From assembly GCA_034435315.1 (NCBI GenBank), contig DAOTYB010000071.1, forward strand, positions 1 through 56,280: DNA of 56,280 nt. Reading direction: 5' to 3'. Made by a program: the position numbers and the translations under genes. Source of the DNA: Anaerolineae bacterium (GTDB lineage: Bacteria > Chloroflexota > Anaerolineae > UBA4142). The notes under the pieces are model-generated. The model saw only the letters and a list, made by a program, of their open reading frames with translations. It had not been told where the DNA came from and ran no database searches. This document shows, piece after piece, positions 46,474 through 54,597 of this stretch (the stretch's first letter is position 1; every line of letters begins with the position of its first letter).

Positions 46474-48032
46474 TGCCCGACTGGATTTTGCTGCTACCAA
46501 TCATTTTTCCCGTCAGTGCTGCAATCATCCTTGCTCTACTAGTGCCGCGCGTTGACGTGGCGCGGCAAGCGGTGCTATGGCGCGGCGTGCTCCTCATCGA
46601 GATTGCGCTTGTGAATGTCGCGCCGGGTTCGCATCGCTGGGTTGTGACTGTGTGGGAGCGCACGGGATACACACTTGCGCTGCAACTGGACGGTGTCACA
46701 CAACTGGTTGTGCTGACGATGCTCGTCCTGTTTTTGGCGCGCGAACTGGTTGCGCCCGCGCGTGTTGATCTGCTCGTGCTGTTGGTGCTCGGTGCCGCGA
46801 TTCTCTTTGCCGCTGCCGATGGGCTTTTGATGCTGCTCGTGGCGTGGACGTTGCTTGACCTCGCGTTGTTTGTGTGGCGCTGGGCGCGCCAGATCGAACG
46901 CGAGAGCGCGTCGCACAGTCTGGCGTTGGGTTTGTTGACGGGAATGATGTTGTACGCGGGCGCGCTGATCGCGCGCGCGGATGGGGGAGTGTTGTTCGCG
47001 CTCGCGCTGTGGGCGCGATTGGGCTTGTTCCCCTTTCACACGCTCCTGCCCGCGCGCGGTGCGGACGAGTACGATGTGTGGGTGTCGCGCGGTATTCCGC
47101 TCCTTGCGGCTGCCAATGTGTGGCTGCACTGGGACGCGTTTCGCATCACTGCACCGTACACCTTGATTGGCATACTTGGCGGTGCAAGTTGGATCGTCAT
47201 CGCGCTGTGGATGTGGCGTACTGCGGATGCCACACGCGCGCTGGGGTTCGCTGCGATGCATGCGTTGACGTTCGTACCATTGAGCATCGCGCTGGGTGAT
47301 GAGGCAGGAGTCGCGCTGGCGTTATGGCAAACACTTGCTGTTGCGTTCGCGTTGTGCCTCGGGGAGATGGCACTGCGCTGGCGCGCGGAAACGCGCGTGA
47401 TTTTACCACGTTGGGTGGGAAGATTGGCGCTGGGCGCGCTGGCGGGTTTACCGCTCACGCCGGCGTTTCTGGGACGTATGGGGACCTACGTCGTCCTCGC
47501 CGAACGCGGCGAATGGTTGGTGCTGACATGGGTGTTCATCACGACGTTGAGTGTGTTCGCGCCGTTGTGGTACCGGCTGGGCACACTCACCGATAGCCCG
47601 ACGCGTGTGCCAACACGTGGCGAAAGGACTGGGGTGATTCTCGCGCTCGGCGCGTTTGGCGTGCTGGCGTTGGCGATGCCTTTCCTTACCCCTGCGTTGG
47701 GGATCGCCGAAGCAAGCGCGCGCGCACTCGAGCGGGTGATCTGGACGGATAACGCGTTCGGTGTTTGGCTGAGCGTGAGCGTTTTGCTGATACCGTTCCT
47801 CGGCGCGTTTTTCTTGCGCGCGTCGGCGCTGGCCGCTCCGCGCGCCAATGCGCTGGTGGCACGGCTCGCGCGCGCTGGCGATTTAGAGTGGTTCACGCGC
47901 GCGGTGACACGGGGCGGCTGGCGTCTGGGTGTCTTGGTACGGGACGCCTTTTCACTCACCGAAGAAAATCTGACGGTGTGGATTTTGTTTGCCGCGCTGT
48001 GGAGTGCTATCTTCATCGCGATTTCACGGTGA
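46473..48032 (+). CDS. Polytopic membrane protein, possibly a divergent complex-I antiporter-like (NuoL/M/N, Mrp) family member.
   Basis: About 14 predicted TM helices. LQLDGVTQLVVL and GLFPFHTLLP resemble degenerate Proton_antipo_M motifs. Its ATG overlaps the Flp stop (TGATG). Confidence 0.45.
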   Translation: MPDWILLLPIIFPVSAAIILALLVPRVDVARQAVLWRGVLLIEIALVNVAPGSHRWVVTVWERTGYTLALQLDGVTQLVVLTMLVLFLARELVAPARVDLLVLLVLGAAILFAAADGLLMLLVAWTLLDLALFVWRWARQIERESASHSLALGLLTGMMLYAGALIARADGGVLFALALWARLGLFPFHTLLPARGADEYDVWVSRGIPLLAAANVWLHWDAFRITAPYTLIGILGGASWIVIALWMWRTADATRALGFAAMHALTFVPLSIALGDEAGVALALWQTLAVAFALCLGEMALRWRAETRVILPRWVGRLALGALAGLPLTPAFLGRMGTYVVLAERGEWLVLTWVFITTLSVFAPLWYRLGTLTDSPTRVPTRGERTGVILALGAFGVLALAMPFLTPALGIAEASARALERVIWTDNAFGVWLSVSVLLIPFLGAFFLRASALAAPRANALVARLARAGDLEWFTRAVTRGGWRLGVLVRDAFSLTEENLTVWILFAALWSAIFIAISR

Positions 48033-48181
48033 CGGAACAATCGAGCGCGATCAATCGTCTATGGGGTAGCACAGGATCGCATTGTGCATTCGGCGGTCGG
48101 CGGCGGCGCAGCGTCGCAGGAAAACGGGAATGCGACGCTGCGTCCGAGTCTGTCGGCGGTCGTATCTTTGAAGGAGGTAAA

Positions 48182-48952
48182 ATGACCCGTCGTATCACTG
48201 TGGCGATTATCGCGATGGTGCTCGTCATCGTGAGCGCGCTGTTGTTTTATGTGGCAATGACACCGCGTCTTGCGCCGTCACCTGCCGATGCCGGCCTAGT
48301 GACTGCGAGCACACAACAGGTAACAATGGACACGAGTGGAATCTTTGTTTCGGGCACGGGAAAAGTGCGCATCACGCCGAATATCGCGACGGCGAACGTT
48401 GGTGTGGAAATCACGACCGCTACTCTCGCGGAGGCAACGAGTCAGGCGGACTCGAAAATGAATGCGATCATCACTCGCCTCAAAGGTCTGGGTATCGCCG
48501 AAAAGGACATTCAGACAACCAGTTACAACATTACGCCGCTCACGCAACAACCGCGCCCTGGCGTGACACCTGCAATTACCGGCTATCGCGTCCACAATCA
48601 ACTCAGCATCACGATTCGCAAAATCGAGGATGTGGGCAAAGTGCTGGATGCGGTAGTGGCGGCCGGCGCGAATAACGTCTATGGCCTTTCCTTCGGTATA
48701 GATGATCCAGCGCCGTATCAACAGCAAGCGCGTGCGGCAGCGATCAAAGCGGCACAGGACAAAGCCAGGCAACTGGCTCAGGCGGCGAATGTAACGCTCG
48801 GCAAGGTCATTTCGATTAGCGAAAGTGGCGCGGTGCCTGTGCCGATGGTCCGCACGGTTTCGGCGGTAATGTCGGGCGAAGGCACCGTACCGATTGAGAC
48901 CGGCGAGTTGGAGATTAGCGTGACGGTAGAAATGCGGTTTGCGATTCAATGA
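48182..48952 (+). CDS. SIMPL (DUF541) domain protein with an N-terminal TM anchor.
   Basis: Start at ATG 48182 after GAAGGAGG. GKVRITPNIATANVGVEITTATLAEATSQ...LKGLGIAEKDIQTTSYNITP. Confidence 0.75.
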   Translation: MTRRITVAIIAMVLVIVSALLFYVAMTPRLAPSPADAGLVTASTQQVTMDTSGIFVSGTGKVRITPNIATANVGVEITTATLAEATSQADSKMNAIITRLKGLGIAEKDIQTTSYNITPLTQQPRPGVTPAITGYRVHNQLSITIRKIEDVGKVLDAVVAAGANNVYGLSFGIDDPAPYQQQARAAAIKAAQDKARQLAQAANVTLGKVISISESGAVPVPMVRTVSAVMSGEGTVPIETGELEISVTVEMRFAIQ

Positions 48953-48953
48953 A

Positions 48954-48995
48954 ACACACAAGGCGAGGGTTTTGTTCCTCGCCTTGTGTGTTTTC
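48954..48995 (+). terminator. Rho-independent terminator.
   Basis: ACACACAAGGCGAGG / CCTCGCCTTGTGTGT 15-bp stem followed by TTTTC. Confidence 0.7.
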
Positions 48996-49112
48996 AATTC
49001 ATCTGTTCCTTCTTATGAGTTGAATCCGCACGCTAGGCATTTGCGCTCACTCTGTGAGATGCGTGTAAGGTAAAAAAGGTTACACCACCGAAGTGCACCT
49101 GAATTATTCTCT

Positions 49113-49141
49113 TTGACGCAGCGCGCAAACTGTGCTATACT
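49113..49141 (+). promoter_or_regulatory. Candidate sigma70 promoter: TTGACG, 17-nt spacer, TATACT.
   Basis: It lies 47 nt upstream of the GntR start. Confidence 0.5.
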
Positions 49142-49150
49142 GAGAACAGC

Positions 49151-49168
49151 ATAATAATATATTATTAT
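49151..49168. promoter_or_regulatory. Perfect 18-bp all-A/T palindrome, a candidate GntR/HutC operator.
   Basis: ATAATAATATATTATTAT lies 10 nt downstream of the -10 box and 20 nt upstream of the regulator ATG. The surrounding genome is GC-rich. Confidence 0.45.
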
Positions 49169-49187
49169 CTAGTCTTCTGGAGAACCG

Positions 49188-49910
49188 ATGCCTCCGCAGC
49201 GCTTTACCCCTCTGTATCGCTGGCTGGCAGAGACACTCCGCGAGGATTTTAGGCGCGGTGTGTACAAGCCGGGCGATCTCTTGCCCACCGAACGTGAGTT
49301 GACGCAACGCTACGGTCTCAGTAGCATCACCGTCAATCGCGCCATCAACGAGTTGGCGCGGGAAGGGTGGTTGTACCGCAAAGCCGGTAAAGGCACTTTT
49401 CTCAAGCGCGATCGCATCGAAGAGCGCTTGGGGCGCCTGACCTCGTTTGCTGAAGAGATGCAAAGCCGGCGCCTCGTTCCTCAGTACAAACTCCTCCGCG
49501 CGCACGCTGTCACCCCTCCCCTAGACATTGCGCGCGCGCTGCAAGTGAAACCTTCTGCGCAAGTGTTTTTAATCGAACGACTCCATTTGGCAAAGAACGA
49601 ACCGCTCGCGCTCGCGCGCGGCTATTGGCAGTACGACATTGGCGCGCAACTGGCGCAGCGCGACCTCAACAAGATTCCGCTCTACGAGACGGTGGAACGC
49701 GAGTTGGGCATTCCACTTTTGGAGGCGGACGAGTCCATCAGCGCGACGGACGCGGATGCGGAACTGGCGCGGCATCTGGAAATTCCGCGTCGCGCGCCAC
49801 TACTGTTGCAAGAACGCTTGACGTTTACAACCGAGATGCGCCCGGTGCATTTCACGCTGACGTACTTTCGGGCGGATCGCTACAAATACAAGATTCGGCT
49901 CTCACGATAA
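49188..49910 (+). CDS. GntR family (HutC/UTRA subfamily) transcriptional regulator.
   Basis: LPTERELTQRYGLSSITVNRAINELAREGWLYRKAGKGTFL plus a C-terminal UTRA-like domain. Confidence 0.85.
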   Translation: MPPQRFTPLYRWLAETLREDFRRGVYKPGDLLPTERELTQRYGLSSITVNRAINELAREGWLYRKAGKGTFLKRDRIEERLGRLTSFAEEMQSRRLVPQYKLLRAHAVTPPLDIARALQVKPSAQVFLIERLHLAKNEPLALARGYWQYDIGAQLAQRDLNKIPLYETVERELGIPLLEADESISATDADAELARHLEIPRRAPLLLQERLTFTTEMRPVHFTLTYFRADRYKYKIRLSR

Positions 49911-49943
49911 TCTTTTCAAATTCATTTCATCAAGGAGTGAAAA

Positions 49944-50912
49944 ATGAGAACCAAAATTTTGCTCGTCGTTCTGGGCTTGACGATCGTCGCGGTGCTGATT
50001 GCCGCGTGCGCGAGCGAGCCACCCAAACCCACCGAGGCGCCGTACCCGACCAAGCAGATCACCTACATGATTCCGTTTGATCCGGGCGGACAATCGGACC
50101 GCGAGGCGCGGCGGCAACAACCGTTCCTCGAAAAATCGCTGGGGCAAAAAGTGGTCATTGACTACAAGGTCGGCGGCGGCGGCGCGGTCGGCTGGGCAGA
50201 ACTGGTGCGCGCCAAACCGGACGGCTATTACATCGCCGGCATCAACCTGCCGCACATCATCTTGCAGCCGCTCCAGCAAGACACCGGCTACAAGACCGAA
50301 CAGATTTTGCCCGTGGTGTTCTTCCAACGCACGCCGTTGGGTCTGGCGGTGCCAGCGGACAGCCCGTACAAAACCGTAAAAGAATTCATTGACGCTGCCA
50401 AAGCCAAGCCCGGTGAAATCACTGTGGGCGGGTCGGGCACGTTCTCGGGTCATCACATCGCCACGTTGCGCTTGCAGAAACTCGCGGGCGTCAAGTTCAA
50501 CTACGTGCCGTTCACCGGCGCCGCGCCGCAAATGACCGCGGTGCTGGGTGGTCACGTCAACGCGGTGATCGCCAACTCGGACGATCTGGTCAAGTACAAG
50601 GACAAGTTGCGCGTGCTGGCAATGGCGGACGCGGATCGCTTTCCGCTCCTCGCTGATGTGCCGACGTTCAAAGAATCGGGCATTGATATGATCGAAGCGA
50701 TTGATCGCGGCGTCGGCGTTCCCGCCGGTACGCCCGATTACATCGTCAAAAAACTCGAAGCGGCGTTCCTCGAAATCGCCAAGAATCCCGATGTCATCGC
50801 GGATATGAAGAAGCAGGGCTTTGTCCCGCTGGCGATGGGCGCGGCAGAAAGTAAGGCGCACGTCGAAAAGATGCTCGCGACCTACAAAGAGTTAGTCAAG
50901 GACATCAAGTAA
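49944..50912 (+). CDS. tctC: Tripartite tricarboxylate transporter substrate-binding protein (TctC/Bug family), lipoprotein.
   Basis: Lipobox LIAAC, PFDPGGQSD, and Bug-family length. Confidence 0.85.
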   Translation: MRTKILLVVLGLTIVAVLIAACASEPPKPTEAPYPTKQITYMIPFDPGGQSDREARRQQPFLEKSLGQKVVIDYKVGGGGAVGWAELVRAKPDGYYIAGINLPHIILQPLQQDTGYKTEQILPVVFFQRTPLGLAVPADSPYKTVKEFIDAAKAKPGEITVGGSGTFSGHHIATLRLQKLAGVKFNYVPFTGAAPQMTAVLGGHVNAVIANSDDLVKYKDKLRVLAMADADRFPLLADVPTFKESGIDMIEAIDRGVGVPAGTPDYIVKKLEAAFLEIAKNPDVIADMKKQGFVPLAMGAAESKAHVEKMLATYKELVKDIK

Positions 50913-50975
50913 TAGTCGCCAAGTCGGATAGTCGGATAGTCCAATGGACTATTTGACTATCCGACTATGTGACTC
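50912..50975. repeat. Inverted TAGTCGGA / ACTATCCGACTA octamer arrays (hairpin) between tctC and tctB.
   Basis: TAGTCGCCAAGTCGGATAGTCGGATAGTCC-AATGG-ACTATTTGACTATCCGACTATGTGACT. Confidence 0.85.
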
Positions 50976-51459
50976 GTTGTGGAGGTGTGGCTTGCTCAAA
51001 ACCTTACGCGGAGGCGATACGGCGTCGGGAATTTTTCTCATCATCATCGGCGCGATCGCGCTGGCGGCATCTACGACGATTGCGGAGGGCGCGGGCGGTC
51101 GTCTGCATCCGCGCACGCTCCCTATGGCGATTGGCGCGCTCCTGGTCATCGGCGGCGCGTGGCTCATCGTCTACGCGCGCAGTCCGCAGTATCGCGACAA
51201 GGAGATTGACTGGCCCGATCGCGCGGGATGGCGCAACTGGGGTGTGGCACTTGTGATGATGGTGCTGTATGCCGCGCTGATGCCGGTGCTGGGATTCATC
51301 CTCACGACGTTCATCTTCGTTGTGACGTTCATCGGCTATTTTGGCAAATTCAAATTCTGGGTCGCGCTGGCGTGGGGATTTGGCACGGTCGCGTTCATCT
51401 ATCTGCTGTTCATTCGATTGTTGCAGATGGAATTCCCCGCTGGCGTGTTCGCACTTTGA
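50944..51459 (+). CDS. tctB: TctB family small membrane subunit.
   Basis: Four TM segments, positioned between tctC and tctA. The real start may be TTG 50992, which follows GGAGG. The first 16 codons lie in the repeat. Confidence 0.7.
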   Translation: MDYLTIRLCDSLWRCGLLKTLRGGDTASGIFLIIIGAIALAASTTIAEGAGGRLHPRTLPMAIGALLVIGGAWLIVYARSPQYRDKEIDWPDRAGWRNWGVALVMMVLYAALMPVLGFILTTFIFVVTFIGYFGKFKFWVALAWGFGTVAFIYLLFIRLLQMEFPAGVFAL

Positions 51460-51474
51460 TCGGAGGACAAGGCA

Positions 51475-52983
51475 ATGGATGCTTGGACTATGCTAGCGCA
51501 GGGCTTTGCCAGCGCACTCACTCCGATCAACTTGCTCTTTGCGCTGATCGGTTGCATTGCCGGCACACTGGTCGGCGTGTTGCCGGGTTTGGGACCGACC
51601 GCGGCGATTGCGATGTTGTTGCCGCTGACGACGATGCTGCCACCCGCGCCGGCAATCATCATGATGGCTGCCATCTACTATGGCGCGATGTACGGCGGCT
51701 CGACGACGGCGATCCTCGTCAACATTCCCGGCGAAGCGTCGTCTGTGCCGACCGCGATTGATGGCTATCAACTCAATCAACAAGGGCGCGGGGGACCTGC
51801 GCTCGGCATCTCGGCGATTACGTCGTTCGTCGCCGGAACGATCGGCGTGGTGGGGCTGACGTTTTTCGCGCCGCTCTTGTCCCAGGTGGCGCTCGCGTTC
51901 GGTCCGCCGGAATATTTCGCGCTCGCGTTCCTGGGTTTGTCGCTCATCATCAGTTTGTCCGGGCGCGCGCTCGTCAAAGGAATTCTCGCCGCGGCGTTCG
52001 GTTTGCTGACCGCGATAATCGGACTTGATCCGCTGACCGGCGTCGCGCGGCTGACGTTCGGACAACCATTGTTGATGGCGGGCATCGAGTTCGTGCCGAT
52101 CATTATGGGCTTGTTTGCCATCAGCGAAGTGTTGCTGAACGTCGAATCGTCGGTGCGCGGCATTTTGGCCGATCAGAAAATCGAGTGGCTGCCGTCGTGG
52201 CAAGACATCAAGGAAACATGGGGCGCAATGTTGCGTTCCGGTTTTCTCGGCTTTTTTATGGGCTTGATTCCCGGTTGTAGCCCCGCGGTCACATCGTTTA
52301 TGGCGTACGATCTGGAGCGCCGTGTGTCGAAACATCCGGAACGTTTCGGCAAGGGCGCGATGGACGCGGTCGCTGCCGTCGAAGGCGCGAATAACGCAAC
52401 GGCGAGTGGTGGATTCGTGCCGCTCTTCTCGTTCGGCATTCCGTCGGGACCCGCGCTGGCTGTGTTGCTGGGCGGTTTTATGATGTACGGCTTGCAACCG
52501 GGTCCGCGCTTGATGACGGAGCAACCGCAACTGTTGTGGACGATCATCGCGAGTATGTACATCGGCAATGTGATGTTGCTCGTCTTGAATCTGCCGCTCG
52601 TTGGAGTGTGGGCGCGGATGGCGCTCATTCCCTTTCCGATTCTCGGTCCGCTGATCGTCGCATTCACGTTCATCGGCGCGTATTCGCTGCGTTTCCAGAT
52701 GCTCGATATCTGGATCGTTTTGCTCTTTGGCGTGATTGGCTACTTGATGCGCAAGTTCGGTTTTCCAGTCGCGCCGATGGTGCTGGCGGCGGTGCTTGCC
52801 AAGATGCTGGAAACATCGTTGATGCAGTCGCTCGTGATTTCGCAGGGCTCGGCACTCATCTTTTTCACGCGCCCAATTTCGGTAGTGTTTATGCTCGTCG
52901 CGCTCTTTTTCATCGCGCGTGGAATCTGGTTGCAGGTGAAAACTCCGTCGGAAAATGTAGCGCTGGAGGAAAGTGACGTATAA
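51475..52983 (+). CDS. tctA: TctA family large permease subunit.
   Basis: GVLPGLGPTAAIAMLLP and YGGSTTAILVNIPGE. It is 502 aa. Confidence 0.9.
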   Translation: MDAWTMLAQGFASALTPINLLFALIGCIAGTLVGVLPGLGPTAAIAMLLPLTTMLPPAPAIIMMAAIYYGAMYGGSTTAILVNIPGEASSVPTAIDGYQLNQQGRGGPALGISAITSFVAGTIGVVGLTFFAPLLSQVALAFGPPEYFALAFLGLSLIISLSGRALVKGILAAAFGLLTAIIGLDPLTGVARLTFGQPLLMAGIEFVPIIMGLFAISEVLLNVESSVRGILADQKIEWLPSWQDIKETWGAMLRSGFLGFFMGLIPGCSPAVTSFMAYDLERRVSKHPERFGKGAMDAVAAVEGANNATASGGFVPLFSFGIPSGPALAVLLGGFMMYGLQPGPRLMTEQPQLLWTIIASMYIGNVMLLVLNLPLVGVWARMALIPFPILGPLIVAFTFIGAYSLRFQMLDIWIVLLFGVIGYLMRKFGFPVAPMVLAAVLAKMLETSLMQSLVISQGSALIFFTRPISVVFMLVALFFIARGIWLQVKTPSENVALEESDV

Positions 52984-52987
52984 ATCA

Positions 52988-53060
52988 GACGAATGACGAA
53001 GGACGAATGACAAAGGATGAAAGGCGGACGCTTTCGTCGTTGGTTGTTCGTCCTTTGTCA
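52988..53060. repeat. GACGAAK heptamer array and its inverted partner (hairpin).
   Basis: GACGAATGACGAAGGACGAATGACAAAGGATGAAAGG-CGGACG-CTTTCGTCGTTGGTTGTTCGTCCTTTGTCA. Confidence 0.85.
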
Positions 53061-53077
53061 ATCCAACAGGAGGTTGA

Positions 53078-53362
53078 ATGAAACACGCTATTCTGATGCA
53101 CGAACCGAATGACGATGTGGGGGTCGCCGTTCGCGATTTGAAGGCGGGCGAGGAGGTCAGCGCGGTGACGCTCGAAGGTCAACCCGTCGGCACGGTGAAA
53201 TTGGTGAACGATGTGCCGCTCGGGCACAAGGTCGCGATGAGAGACATTCCCGCTGGCAAAGATGTGCTCAAGTACAATCGTGTCATTGGCGTTGCTACAC
53301 AAGCCGCGCCGCGCGGCTCGCATGTGCACACGCACAATCTTAAAACCAAGAGGTGGAAATGA
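53078..53362 (+). CDS. UxaA-N / SAF-domain small subunit (altronate-dehydratase-family small subunit; SuyA-like size).
   Basis: 94 aa. [14 protein letters not shown]...[20 protein letters not shown]...GSHVHTHN. Confidence 0.75.
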   Translation: MKHAILMHEPNDDVGVAVRDLKAGEEVSAVTLEGQPVGTVKLVNDVPLGHKVAMRDIPAGKDVLKYNRVIGVATQAAPRGSHVHTHNLKTKRWK

Positions 53363-54525
53363 TCAAGCCACAAGACCTCAAACTGCTCGGCTATCGGCGT
53401 CCCGATGGACGCTTTGGCGCGCGCAATCATGTCCTCATCATCCCGGTAGACGACATTTCGAACGCGGCGGCGGAAGGTGTGGCGCGCCTCATCAAAGGGA
53501 CGATGGCGTTGCCGCATCCGTACGGTCGCTTGCAATTCGGCGAAGATCTGGAGTTGACCTTCCGCACACTCGCGGGGCAGGGTCGCAATCCGAACTGCGC
53601 GGCGGCGGTCGTCATCGGCATCGAGCCGAACTGGACGAATCGCGTCGTCAAAGAAATCGAAAAGACCGGCAAGCCGGTCGCTGGCTTTAGCATTGAACGG
53701 GTCGGTGACTTGAAAACAATCGAAGCCGCGGCGCGCAAAGCGATGGAATTTGTGCAGTACGCGAGCGAACTCCAGCGTGAACCATTCACGGTCAAGGACC
53801 TGGTGATGTCCACCAAGTGCGGCGAATCGGACACGACCTCCGGGCTTGCGGCGAATCCAACCGTTGGGCGCGTGTTCGAACGACTGGCGGACGCGGGCGC
53901 CAAGTTGATCTTCGGCGAGACGACCGAGGTGACCGGCGGCGAAGACATCATCATGGAAAAATGCGTCACGCCGGAAGTCGCCGCTGCCTTCAAAGCCGCG
54001 TTCGACGATTATCAGCGTCTCATCGAAAGTCAGGGTGTTTCCTTGCTCGGCTCGCAACCGACCGAGGGAAACATTCGCGGTGGTCTCACGACGATCGAAG
54101 AAAAAGCGCTGGGCAACATCCAAAAAGCCGGGCGCTGCAAGATCGTTGACTTTTTAAAGCCAGCAGAAGAGCCGCGCAAACCCGGTTTGAGTTTTATGGA
54201 TTCATCGTCCGCAGCGGCGGAGATGGTGACGCTGTGCGCGGCGGCAGGTTCCATCGTGCATTACTTTCCGACCGGACAGGGCAACGTCATTGGTAACCCG
54301 GTGATTCCGGTCATCAAATTGTGCGCGAACCCGCTGACTGTTGCGACGATGAGCGAACACATTGACGTTGACTTGACGGGCTTGTTGCGCATCGAAATCA
54401 ATCTCGATCAAGCCGCTGATCTCGCGCTGCAAATGCTCGAACGCACCATCAATGGTCGCCTGACGGCGGCGGAAGCGTTGCGACACGAGGAGTTTGTGTT
54501 GACCAAGTTGTATCGGAGTGCGTGA
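53359..54525 (+). CDS. UxaA-C large subunit (altronate-dehydratase/galactarate-dehydratase family; SuyB-like size).
   Basis: [24 protein letters not shown] overlap with the small-subunit stop. It is about 388 aa. Confidence 0.75.
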   Translation: MIKPQDLKLLGYRRPDGRFGARNHVLIIPVDDISNAAAEGVARLIKGTMALPHPYGRLQFGEDLELTFRTLAGQGRNPNCAAAVVIGIEPNWTNRVVKEIEKTGKPVAGFSIERVGDLKTIEAAARKAMEFVQYASELQREPFTVKDLVMSTKCGESDTTSGLAANPTVGRVFERLADAGAKLIFGETTEVTGGEDIIMEKCVTPEVAAAFKAAFDDYQRLIESQGVSLLGSQPTEGNIRGGLTTIEEKALGNIQKAGRCKIVDFLKPAEEPRKPGLSFMDSSSAAAEMVTLCAAAGSIVHYFPTGQGNVIGNPVIPVIKLCANPLTVATMSEHIDVDLTGLLRIEINLDQAADLALQMLERTINGRLTAAEALRHEEFVLTKLYRSA

Positions 54526-54584
54526 CGAACGACGAAGGACGAAAGACGAATGCTTTCGTCCTTCGTCATTGGTCTTTCGTCTCT
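54524..54584. repeat. GACGAAG heptamer hairpin that overlaps the stop codon.
   Basis: GACGAACGACGAAGGACGAAAGACGAATG-CTTTCGTCCTTCGTCATTGGTCTTTCGTCTC. Confidence 0.85.
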
Positions 54585-54597
54585 CACAGGAGTTCTT

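Noticed and set aside
48105-48145. An 11-bp-stem hairpin (GCAGCGTCGCA ... TGCGACGCTGC) upstream of the SIMPL gene, considered as an attenuator or terminator.
   Set aside because: No T-run follows and no leader peptide or riboswitch-like conservation is recognisable. The evidence is insufficient.
47765-48181. The long N-terminal extension of the SIMPL ORF (395-aa version).
   Set aside because: It overlaps the 3' end of the preceding membrane-protein gene in another frame. A strong GAAGGAGG ribosome-binding site precedes ATG 48182, where a signal-anchor sequence begins.
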